64,000 bases of DNA from Styela clava. Lineage: Eukaryota. This document shows positions 11,501 through 23,886 of this stretch, piece after piece (the stretch's first letter is position 1; each line of letters begins with the position of its first letter). The stretch is taken from the NCBI RefSeq assembly GCF_964204865.1, contig NC_135251.1:17546001-17610000 (forward strand), in the 5' to 3' direction. A program made the translations under genes and the position numbers. Under the pieces are notes generated by a model. That model was given only the letters and a program-made list of their open reading frames with translations, was not told the origin of the DNA and did no database searches.

Positions 11501-14500
11501 CTTGACAATATTGTGGCCTTCAGGTGAATTTTTGTGCTATTCATCTTTGTACTTCTCAAAAAGTGAAAAGAGAGAAAAGTTTCCAAGTTAAATAGTAGGA
11601 ATACTTCCGGTAACGTTATAATTATTACCAAGATAAATGCGGGCTAAAACATGACAACGTAACAGTTAATTTTATGATTAATTTGCAGTGGTGAGAAACT
11701 AGTCTTTTTTCGTAGTAGTACTTGACATTAGAATAGTTTTGACTGGAAGGATTTCAAACTGTTACCTTTGGCTTTTTTTCACCTGTCTTGCTTACAATAC
11801 CAGTGACAAAATACAGGGAAATAAAAGATCAGTATTATATTTTTGCGGAAAATATGCTATAGCAAGTTCTTCGTTAATGTAAAAATCGTTTATTCATAAA
11901 TGACATTTAAAACATACTTGACAGGAGTCCTGGGTGAAATATCAAGGAACGAAAATATTATAACAAACCTATGATCATTATGCAAAGCACAATTTTTTTA
12001 ATAATTTAGAACAGAGCTACAACATCGCGGAGATCTCGATCTTTCTAAATGTTTCATGTGCTTGAATGACGACACTGTGATTGCTTCAACAAGTGTTTGT
12101 GACGGAATAATAGATTGTCCGGATCTATCTGACGAATGTCTTTGTGATAAAAGTCGACCTAGCATTTGTGAACAAGTGATTTCATATGATGAAAATGTGA
12201 GAAAATACTGTTTTTAGTTTGTGTGCGGGTTTAGGAACATAGTACGCCGCATGATACTTATCTATGCCATCAGTACTGTAATATTGTTTGCATTTGTACT
12301 TGGCTAACCATATTCACTTAGCGTACTTGAACGTCTTATTTTAAAATCTAATAAACGTTTTTTTCGTTACTGTATGTTAAATTGTCTAATTTATTGTTAT
12401 TTACAGGGATTTCTTTCTATAACTATGGTTGCTCCACCAACTACAGAGACCGGACTTACCATGACATGGTATGTAGTACATCTAACTATTAGTGCTCTCG
12501 GGTATTTATATGTATTAGATTTATATTCTAAAATTCCGAGTACAAGAGTAATTATTGACAAAACTCCCCATTTAAAAAGCATATTCATTGTACTATTGGC
12601 AACAAATGACTTAAGGGCAAAACATAATAGCCCATACAGCGTAGTTTCTCACGTCATAAAGTAACCCTACTGTTTTACCTCACCAATGGCGCCAGTTCGT
12701 TTTCGCGATTACCCGATCTGCAACCTGTGGGTAAGACATCGCATTGCAGTTTTACTTGCCGCAGAATTACATTACCATACATTTTATGGGTTCAGTCTAT
12801 TCTAGAACTTAAAAGAGATGTCACTAAATTTCTATTAAATGTAATGGTGTATGATATCCATATCCCCAAGACCGAAATCCCGAACAATTTTTAATAAAAT
12901 TTTAAATACCAATTTTGGATACTTAAAGCTTGGCTTGGAAAGCACTAAATGAAGATAGTCAGATTTAACAAGCAATACCAAGCTTTTCATTCTAAATTAG
13001 CTTTCGAGAGTTGCAATATTGGTTGTTGCTGTCATTTAAATCGCACATCTTAAAGTTGCATGTACCAATATCGAAAATAACGTAGCGACAAGTAAGATAA
13101 ATTAACCACTGGCCTGGAAGCAATGCTAATCTGAAACAAATATATCGAATCTTATGTTCAACTCTGAAAAAATATTATTCCATAGATATAGGTAAGATTT
13201 CTTTGATTCACCTCAAATGTTGCGCAGTGTGAAAATGGCATGTTCCAAGTAGAAATTATAATTCTGAAACATTCGGGTTACCAGCCATAGAAAAATAGCG
13301 TTGAGTAGCAATGTTACTTAAACCTTAGACTTTAATAGGATACCAGATATCACCTAATACCTTTCAGTCAATCTTCATCTATAGAGCGCTGGAACAAATA
13401 TTGAAAGGAAATTTATTAGTCCCATCACTTATTCCACTTTCTTTCATTAAGGTTTTCAAGTGGAAAATACACAGATTGTAATGTTGGTAACGTGATTTGC
13501 GCAGGGGGAAATTGCATCAATCCAGAGTCAGTTTGTGACGGTACAATAGACTGCCGAGATGATGAAAAGTATAAACGCATATAAATTTATTTTGGTTTAA
13601 TATTTCTTTGCGTCAATAACCACTTTTATCTGTATATAAATTATTTTCATGTTTAGATACGACTTTTGCCGCGGAACTGTACCTTGTTCCAGCGCCATAA
13701 AATACGAAAAGAAATGCAGGTAGTTTAAACAATTGGGTAAATCAGTATGATGAATTATTTTTTTGAATAGAAACTAGTTGAATAAACAGTGAATTTGTGA
13801 GCGATCTTTGTACATTACCCGCTCGAACTTTATGACAGGTTCAAGTTCATCGGGGATAGTTATGTGCTGGACTCTTCACCGCTGTTGGGTCGTCACGTAA
13901 CCATAAACTAATACTATACGCGGCATGGTCTGGTAACCGGTAGAGAAACCGTGGTTTGCCATATGATAAAGCCGACTCATCCATTTCCTCTTCTCTGTGA
14001 TAAACGTAAAAATCTCATGTTAGAATACCCTAAAGAATTATCATGAGTACAGGGTGTGCTAGATTTGATATCGCGTTGGTAAGGTGCGACACCAACCACA
14101 AGGCTGATTATTTTATCACTTAGTTACTGGACTAATCTGCGAGTTAGAATCAATAGTTTTATTTTCATCGTTTTCCTCTCTTGAGAGATGAATAGGAAAT
14201 GGTGTCTCACATTAAAATTGCAATACTCACGTATACATAAAATTAAATAAAAACATTATCTTTATTCAGATGTTCTCGCGGTAGCCACACTTGTATAAAT
14301 ATTCATGGAGTAGCTTGTGACAGTGTGGCAGATTGCCATATTGGGCCACCTTCTTGGGGTTCTATTGTTTCTGCAACTCAAAATTCGTTTCCTGATGATG
14401 AGTGCGAAGCTAGCTGCTTTGAAACCTTTACAAATTTCACGTGTATTCATGAATCAATACAATTGGTAGGGGTTCCAGAGGCATATATCCCATGCGAACA

Positions 14501-17500
14501 TCATTTGGAATTGGATGCCAACGAAAGTATAATAATAACCAAGGTAAGCATCAATTTTTGAAGTATATATTACTTGGTTACTTTGTTCAAAAGATGAGAT
14601 ATCTAATGCAATTTACTCACCAGATATTGCTATATTACTGTCAATACTAGACAGAAATATCAAAACCGATAAATTAGCGAAGTAGGTGAAGATGTAACTG
14701 ATTCCCCGGTTATATGGATTTGAGTGAGCGGAAATCCTATTTATCAACAAATGCCTTTCATTTTATTAAATAACTATGGTATATATAGACTATAGAGTCT
14801 GAATATTTATTTTTGTATGTAAAATATTTTGTTCTGTTGTTTAGCATCTGGAATCGAAGTTTGTCTGTGATGGAAGACTACATTGTCAACAGGGGGATGA
14901 CGAAAAAAATTGTGATAGATTCTTGTGTGATGGGAAAGAGGAAGGTGTTATAAGTATAGAGTATGACGAGGCACGACAATTTATTTCTTTGTGTATCTAA
15001 ACATAGATTTACTTTACGCTATATTCTTTTGTCCAAATCTTTGCAATACATAACTTGATTCCCTATTGTAAACATAGATTTTCTAAACAGTCATTTTCAG
15101 AGTGTTATATCCAGCCATATTTCAATAATTATTGGACACGAAATGGACCTATACTTTGTTGTGTTATAATGTTGTTGTTCTTGGTATTCCTTCCTTGTTG
15201 TTATAACAAAAATCGTCTTTTTTATTCGAACACTGGACCAATTGCATTGAAATTTTTAGTGGTTAAAGATTGTTATTGTTGCAGAGGGCTATTACTTTTA
15301 TTTATTACAAAAAGTTCTGTGGGCTCTATGAGATTTGTTTCTCTTTGAGTGATGACGTCATCAAAATCAAAAACTGCCCACCTTGTGGCGGTTTAGTGGT
15401 CAGTCGAAGGGGGGTAGAGTTCTGAATTACATCCCGTTTGGGGGTATATTTCGCCATGGAATTTAATCAAATTTAAACGGCTCGGTTTTTAGGCCAGAGA
15501 AAATTTGAATTCGTTTTATATAAACACATTACACATTCAAAATCATGCTTTACATGTAAAACAACTCATGTAGTAAATTAAAGATAATTTATTTGAGCAA
15601 CGATTTCATATTATTTAGGTATGTGATGGAATTGAACATTGTAAAAATGGTTCAGATGAATCGATAGAACTTTGTGCGGGAAAGAGATTTCATTGTCCTG
15701 CTCTAGGAGGAAAAAAGGTTAATGAAATATCGCAGTATTACATTTTCATAGTATTTTGATTAAAACCAAACAAAACTTTCAACATATAGTTTTGGCAGTA
15801 AACCTAAGTTGACTTAGGCGATTTTTCGTGAAGAATTTCCAATTCTATAATTTAGATCCTGTTTTACAGCGATTTATGTGTTAGCTTGCCACTGATAACG
15901 CCGAAATATCATTCATCGACATTAAATCTAAATAACATGATTTATAATCAAACTTATTCGTGTCAGCTATATGGAGTACAAAATCTGACATAAAACCTTC
16001 ATATCAGACGTGGTGCATTCGAATAACGCAGTTAAGGTCACTTTGTCCTTGGGCCGAATCATTTCATGCATGACTAAAGTTCCGCTACTATGTTGTTACC
16101 GCCATATTCACCTACAGCGTCACTGCTTTCTATTCAAAAGGAATTATGGAGCAATAAAAACCTGATATTGTTAACTTAAGCAATAATGTTTGACTAAACC
16201 TTTTGGACAGTTATATTTACTTAACATTTTTGTAACAAGATTTCTGTTACTGTTTTAATAGATCCATCACCATAGGATTGTGTACCCATCGTTTGCTGTT
16301 TATGTCAAACTAATTATATTAAAATATTATATTCGAAGGTTAGCATCGATGTTGGATTGAAATGCGATTTTTTGATAGCTTGTGATGACGAAACAGATGA
16401 AATGAACTGCACTGATGGACGATTTTACTGTGAAAATAAAAAGCCATTATTTGTTCTGGCAAGGCAGGTAAAAATCATCTATAATATGAAAAGCTTCGGA
16501 TTAACGCGACGTTACTTAGATGTTACTGGATTACCGTGGTGGGCACAGAATTTATGGCACTCGACTCCACAATGCCAGGAAATTTTAAATTAATTATTGC
16601 AGAATTTGCGTCAGTAATTAGTTGATATATTATCCGTTATTTGTAAGGACACTTTAAGTTTATTTTATATTCCGGCTGTAGCACATAGGTTCTTCAAGAG
16701 CATTTTTCTTATTTGGTGCATGCATTTTCAGAGATTTGATGGTCGTGGTGACTGCACAGATTGGAGTGATGAATGTCCAACAATTGACCAATCAACTTCA
16801 ACTGATGGTTTTTCGTCAAGATATGAACTCATTGCAAATCCTATATTACGGGCTGTTGTGTGGATCATGGGGTTGTTATCTCTTGGTGGAAATGGGGTAT
16901 GTATTTGTATATATATATATATATATGTGAAAATAATTAGGAGAACAGAGAAGAACATAAAATTAACCACAACCAGACACATATTGATCACTAAATGAAT
17001 TGCACTCGCGAAGTTGTAGAACTCGCAACAGTCGCAAGTACATACGTCAGTTCAGTTCACTAATTATCGAAATCAATTAAGATTAGAATTCGTGAAGTAT
17101 GTATTATTAGTTTAGTAAACAATTCCATTTTCATTTTTCTCGTTGTCTAGGTTGTTATTTTCCATGAAGCAAGAAGACTGAGGAATAGCAACAGAAAATT
17201 GACAGCCATTGTAATAGCAAATAGATTGCTGATTTTAAATCTGGCCTTCTCCGACGTCATCATGGGAATATATCTTCTATCGCTTGGGATTGCTGGCCTC
17301 GCCATGCAGGTATAAAAACTCTTTGCCAATACTAAACCAAACTAAGTCTTCACCTTAATGCGATATGTCTCATCATGTATTATCTGATATTATCGACATT
17401 TATTTTGTAGGGCGTATACTGTTCTAAAGACTTGATTTGGAGATCAAGTACAGCATGCACGACATTGGGAATTCTGTCTGTTATTTCAAGTGAAACTTCG

Positions 17501-20016
17501 GTTATAACAATGGTTCTGCTGACTAGCTGTCGGCTTTACGCAATTTTTCAAGTGAGCATTATAATCTTCTTATGATTTATTCAGATATGAATTAGACTCG
17601 GAGAAGTTATCCGAAATCAGATTTAAGGATGTTCTACGTTGACTAATTACTGCATTTATTCATTTCCAGCCATTTAAATCATCTCGTCACCCCAAAAAGA
17701 AAACAGTGTCTTTGATGATCATGATAGCTTGGACGATATCATTTTTAATCGCCATACTACCGCTTTCTACACATTTGTCTGGAATGTTTGTCAGTCACGC
17801 AGAATTTGAATATTCTCCATACTCTTCAAACGCAACAGTCACATTGGATGAGACTAAATCACTTTTTACAAGGCTGTTGACATATGATCTCAAGCCCAAC
17901 ATGACGTTTCCAGGTAAGTTGCCTTGTTAATCCGCCGAAAGAACAAGCTTACTTTTGGTATTTGAAGCTAATAATGTCACAGGTTAACACGAACATGAGG
18001 TTTTGAGGTATACTAATCTATACGGAATTTTTTTCTTCAAGAGACAAATATTTAATGTCATACATGGGTGATCTCATATGATAAGCAATTCATTCACATT
18101 ACATTTATTCTCACAATTTAGTACGAAGTTGTGTAAAATATACACTGTATATTGTGCCCTGATCAAATCTCGTCTGGTATTACGTTTTCTCGCGGACTTG
18201 TATAACAATTTTGATATAACAAATTCCTTTTTTGTAAATCTCGGTATCAGATATTGGAAGCATCGTCCATCTCTGCAATAGTTGGTAGTACCTCCCATTT
18301 TTAATTTAAAAATCATGAATAAAAATTATGTATGTGGATTTAAACTTGCCAAATTTATTCAACTATCATTAGAATGCCGATTTACACTTTTTGCGAGACA
18401 GCTTGTAGGTTGAGAGTTTGTATTTGAATTTAGTAGCTTTGTGTATCAATAAAACAGCATTTTCATGAAAATCCGTTTTTTTTATGACAGATAAATTTTC
18501 CATGAAAAATTTCCAGTCATGGCAAGACATTGAATCCGAATCAATCAAATATTTTCTTCATGAACATTTCAAGATTCAAAAGAAGTTTGGGTAAATACGT
18601 TGTTGATTTCTCATTCCCGTATGTAATCTGTTCCTCATCAACCGCCGCAAAAATCGGCTTTTACGAACGTGACATTCAAGTGAAAAAAATCAAATAGTTA
18701 GTTTCTCCTTTTACCTTTTTTGTTTCACTTTCGATGTTCCACCTACTTCATTTATATGGAAGCGTTCCTCTTACTCATCGTAATCATATATATTAATATT
18801 ATATCATATTTCAGGTTTATTTAGAGAACTTGTGACATATTTACATGTTTATATCTGTAGGAGCGTATGTAAATAATTAAGTTTCATGTGTATTTTAAAC
18901 TTCAGATTCTCCCCGGATCAAATCTGTTGACGTGAATATTTCTCTTTCTCTTTTATACGATTGCATCAATTGTACTTACAACTTAGACGTAGTGAGCTAC
19001 TAAAATTTGAAATGATCAGACTTTTCCTGATCCGACATAGCCTATCAAATTTGCTACAGCGTGGGTCTTGAAGCCGAGAGCTCTGGCACAAATTATCTAT
19101 ATCCATTAGAAAAGCTCACTACAACCACAGACCCAATGTCTGCACAAGTCATTTTTACGATTTCCAAATATTTTTCAGCCCGAGCATTGGTATTTTTGCG
19201 CTTAAAGAATTACCTATGTTATGAAGAAAAAATTTCTAATATCCGACCTCTTTGCAAACAGCAGTTTTCACTAATTTCGTTTGCCAACAATTCGATAGAC
19301 CATATCAATTGCTTTTGCGCCATTTGGCAATCACTTCCTGGCGTTTATTGTACCAAATACATGATTTAGGACATCGAATAATTAGGATACCAAATAATTT
19401 TGTCTTTTATCCTGTCACTTTTCTAGATATTATAGTGTCGACAGCGTTTGCATTCCGAAATTTTTCGTAACCAAAGATGATCGGGCTTGGCCTTTTTCTT
19501 TCTTTGTTAACCTTTTCAACTTTTGTGCGTTCGTCTTCGTTGCATCATCTTACGTTGCAATTTATGTCGAGTCAAGAGAAGGGTCAAAGATCAGAAGAAC
19601 TGCATCACGTGCGGAGAAAGACGATGGAAATAGATGTATGCATTACTTTAGGTTTCTTTTCATTTGGTTGCTAATATCGAAGATTTTTATTGAAAACATT
19701 TTACTGTTTTTCAGCCTTGCAACGAAAAATTCTCCGACTCATCATAACAGACTTCTGTTGTTGGATACCAATCTGTATCCTGGCCTTCTGCAAACTAGGA
19801 GGAGCAAATGTTTCAAATACTGCATATGTCGTCGCAGCAATCGTGCTTCTACCGATTAACAGTGCACTGAATCCAGTTCTGTATTCAGACCTGCCAGATG
19901 CTTTATATAAAAAGCTAAGCCAAAAATTCCATGGAATTGTGAACTTGCCAAGTTCTCGTTCTACCATGTCGACCGTCGTAAATGGACAAACAGACATAGA
20001 AGATAGCAAATTGTGA
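8579..20016 (+). CDS. LDLa-repeat class A GPCR (RXFP/GRL101-like 7TM, no LRR), ~980 aa, 19 coding exons
   Basis: Phase-consistent exons: 8579-8660, 8846-8978, 9580-9709, 10060-10280, 12010-12196, 12407-12468, 13452-13568, 13657-13719, 14270-14543, 14845-14970, 15619-15717, 16339-16467, 16732-16896, 17151-17309, 17411-17551, 17670-17913, 18491-18590, 19427-19635, 19715-20016 (2943 nt). Motifs: signal peptide MKLTIIWIIVHY.., repeated CDG..DC...DE, TM1 GN, TM2 NLAFSD..MGIYL, TM6 TDFCCWIP, TM7 LPINSALNPVLY. One intron requires a GC donor. Confidence 0.85.
13797..14017 (+). mobile_element. Degenerate tRNA-derived SINE in a GPCR intron
   Basis: Reverse-complement similarity to the SINE in intron 4 of the discoidin genes (catggtctggtaacc, ccgtggtttgccatatgat, ttcctc); B-box-like GGTTCAAGTTC. 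Boundaries approximate. Confidence 0.55.
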
Positions 20017-21545
20017 AATCACTGCTGGTTTTATCTATAATGGTTTCGAAACGCAGACATGGAAGTCAGTACATTAACAGAAACGTTTATTGTTACTCGA
20101 CTGATTTGGTCATAAATTTTTTTATTCCGATGATATTATTTTGTACGTTATTGCTTTTTTTCTTATAAAATTAAACCACGGATCTCTCGTGGATCCTGTA
20201 TCTCCTGTTGATAGTATATACATCTACCTCTACAAAACTTTGCTACCTCAGAACATTGGTGATTCACTATATTACACGGTGTGAAATAAAACTCAATTTG
20301 ATTGGCAAGTCAGGATCCAACTGATTGGGGGTATCGTATCTGCTATGCAGTAAAAAAGTTAGGCAGGTAGTTGAGTTTAAAATAAAAATTTTGCGCAGAA
20401 TTTGGTACAAGGTATATCGCGTGCGACACATAAGATCAGCTAACAAATCTTAATAGTAACGATCCTTAAACAAAGATTTGCTTTAACTTATTTAGGTTGT
20501 CAGTTCACTTCTATTCATATATACTTAACTATCACGCATACCTTCAGCCGAAGTCACCAAATCCTCATATGAAATTGCTCTTCCCCAGCATGAATGGCAA
20601 CATCCAATCCACTCTTTGTGGAACTTGAGTGACTTATACCATAAGAGGAATGCGTGCAGTTGCAGCAAGGTATTAGGATACAGTCTTTTGGTAGTAGATT
20701 GAAAAGGGTTTGATATAAAACATTGAAGACGCCAATTTGGTATTTACGTGACTGCAATAGATTATTAGCTTTGTTTTGAATGATGATATCAAAAATATTT
20801 GTCAAATTTGTAATTGCTGAGACTTCTATAAATCGTGTTCCAGTGCAAGAATGACTCATATATAGTAAAGTTATGCATGGCGAAATTGGAATGATGAAAC
20901 GAAGAATTTTTGAGCACTCATTGGGAAACATTCTGAATTTTCTTTCTCATAGAATTCATCCGCTAAGACTTGGTTTCCTCGCTTGCGACTCCAACCTAGT
21001 GCTGAACTTAGTTTTTCCCGGTCGCCTGGGTCAAATTTTGAATGATATATTTCTTGGACCCTTTTTCTGCGTAATGCTCGACATATGTGTCACCATCCTC
21101 CTTCAAGTCCATATCGTGGCATATCGAGTGGTTTCAAGGTCAGCCGTCTGAAGTTATCATCACATGCATTATGCAACTATTCAGGTATGAACACTTGTTA
21201 CGTGCTTGTTTTAGTACCATATGTATCGCTCTTGCTCGGATCACCAGACAACAGCAGTAAAAAACATTAGAGTTAGACGGTTGATAGAAAAAAAAAATGG
21301 AGTTGTTTAGTCTTTACAGTGATACAAATTTTTATAAAGGCAAATAAAAATATTTTGCGACTTCTTCATATCCTGCCGTGGTTATGATTTTGATTTTTCT
21401 TTATTTCCAAGCAATTTCAATATCCTACTAAATTAAATCCCATGTTCCTGAGTTTGTTTGATAATTTAATCCCTTCATAAACCATGGATCAGCGATGTCT
21501 AGTCCGCGGGAGGATTTGCTGCCGTATCTCAACTATACTATAAAC

Positions 21546-22355
21546 CAGTGGTCGGCAACCTTTTTCAAGTGACGGACCGGTAAAGCCTGACCAAACTTTC
21601 GGTGGTCCACCTTTATACAAACGGACTAAGCCTATGCAATAAATTATACACATTAGGAAATTCATGTTGACAATATACTAAAAAACGAAAGTGATGCTAT
21701 TTGATGCGATATCTGTATTTGTTTGCTGGCCATTAACTGTTCCCATATGGTCGACATTGACGCACTACATCCAGACTACTTTGATATTTCCTTTTTGTAG
21801 TTGTCATTATCAATATTGAAAACCAGGCCTCACATTAATAAGATTTCGGGAAAGGTACCGATGCCTATAGTGTAAACCTTCTGACTCTGGTCTGGGTATT
21901 GATTGATGTTTGTTTTGCCAAAACTATTTTTGCCCGATGTGCTAACTTTATGATTATCCGGATTCTGAAGTATAAAATTAGCACTGACTAGGCATGGCCG
22001 GTTAGCAATGAGCCAGTAGTGAAGTAGTCACGTTCTTAGCGAGAATTATTTTGTTGCAGATATCTTATATATACCTAATGAGCATATATGCTCATCGCTT
22101 GTACGGACTGATGAGAAACATTCTTTTAGGGGCGTAGTGGAAACAATTGACCCAGCATTATTGCGACATACTAACATAGCAATTGTTTGTGAATTGTTTG
22201 TCTGGTTGGCTGTTGTTTATTAATCGTAGGGTTTGTGTTTATATTGTAGAAATTTTATTACGGTCTTGTCTGTTTTTGTGTCACCTCTCTGCGGACCGAC
22301 GGTAACCTTTCCGCGGACCGGCGCTGGGCCGCGGCCCGGTGGTTGCCGACCGCTG
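21546..22355. mobile_element. Non-autonomous hAT element (810 bp)
   Basis: TIRs CAGTGGTCGGCAACC / GGTTGCCGACCGCTG; perfect 8-bp TSD CTATAAAC; subterminal CGGACCG motifs. Confidence 0.9.
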
Positions 22356-23886
22356 CTATAAACCATATAATGAAATTTAGGAGTGAATCTAAGCGTATCT
22401 CGAATGCAAAAACCTTCTTGTATTTGTATTTTCACTATTACACAAAAATCACGCAATCGAAGCATATTATGAGCTTGATGGCACAGAAACAAGGGTTCTG
22501 TTAGGCATACGTCTAAAACAACAAGAGAGGACGAAATTCGACAATACCGAAAAACTATAAAAAATGTATTTTTTATTCGAGTTAACGGCATGGCCGTACT
22601 TTATAAATCTTTATCGACCTTCAAGTGTTAGATATTTGAAAAAACTTTTCGAGTTCACGCGCAATAAATGTACGGGGAAAAAGGAGCCGACAAGCGAAAA
22701 GTTGATTTATTATCGCTGAAAAGCGGTTTAAAGCAACACCAAAATGCTTTACTTAGTCCAATTACAAATATCAAAAACTAACTGTTTGTTTGAATCTTTC
22801 TTATTTCTAAAAAATGTCAAATATTACTGACCAATTACGTGGGACAGCATCAAAGATTCCATTCGATAATAAAAAAATGTGGAAATGACACTAAAGGTTT
22901 CGCTATAGAGGGAAAATAAACTCCCATGCTTGTATATATTAGGACCGTGGGTGTCGCTGTTGGATAACCAGTATTGGTTCGCTGCGACTTTCTTCCCCAC
23001 TAAAACTGTGTAATTATCATTTCTAGTAATTTGTACTCGAGTGATTCGTCTATATTGTATTTCTTCTTGAAACCATTTATTTTTCACATTCGTCATATTC
23101 CACTAAATTAAACTCCAATTCGTGGTATAATGTGTGACCCCAGGCAAAACTGTAATGTAATTCGGAACCCCAGAAGGCATTTGTGTTGAAAATGGCTGCC
23201 CTGGAGTAATGGCACAATTTGCTACATTGCGGCTTTCGTATTTTGCGCACTATCGTTGCATATTACCATTTTGTTTAATTCCTAAACTGCCTGGGTGTTT
23301 TTGTCAAATTTGTGACACCAAAAAACGAATAACGTACACTGATATCTCTGGATTGACCGTTCGATCAACGTTGGAATCAGAATTTATTATCAAAGATATT
23401 TATGTTTTCAAATTTGTATCCTTGTTGGCGACTTTTTGACTATATCCACCGGGACCTCTACCAATTTTATACACGACCTAACACAAGTCAAACGCGTTTT
23501 ATTGAAAAAACTAATGCGTTACGCTTATATTTACGAAATTCAAATTTAACACATGATGAAAATAATACAATACTTAAATGCTCATGCACACGGATACGAA
23601 AGTTAATTGGCACCATTTTTTTCGTACGTTAGCAACATCTGAAGCAGTCTACAAAATTTGAAAACTTATCAAAATAAACAACATATTTTATCTACTGTAC
23701 TGATAACAATTGCTGCAAAACTAAACATTTGAAACGCGATTCAGTAGTGAAAATGAGAAAACTAATCGATTTAGTGTTTGATATTGAGCCAAAAGTTGGC
23801 TTTATCTTTCAGTAAAATTTTGTAAATCCTGTAAAGGCTTTTCTCGGTCGTTTGTAAGCCTATTCAATGTCGAATAGCATGGATTC

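Noticed and set aside
13186-13191. 6-nt micro-exon ATATAG with good flanks (ccatag|...|gtaaga)
   Set aside because: Inclusion after exon 6 creates TGA and the model is phase-complete without it. It could be a poison exon, but nothing here supports that.
20554-21270. Overlapping ORFs of 61-125 aa downstream of the GPCR
   Set aside because: No recognisable domain, frames are broken by stops, and there is no splice model. Possibly a decayed transposon; a faint tyrosine-recombinase-like impression could not be substantiated.
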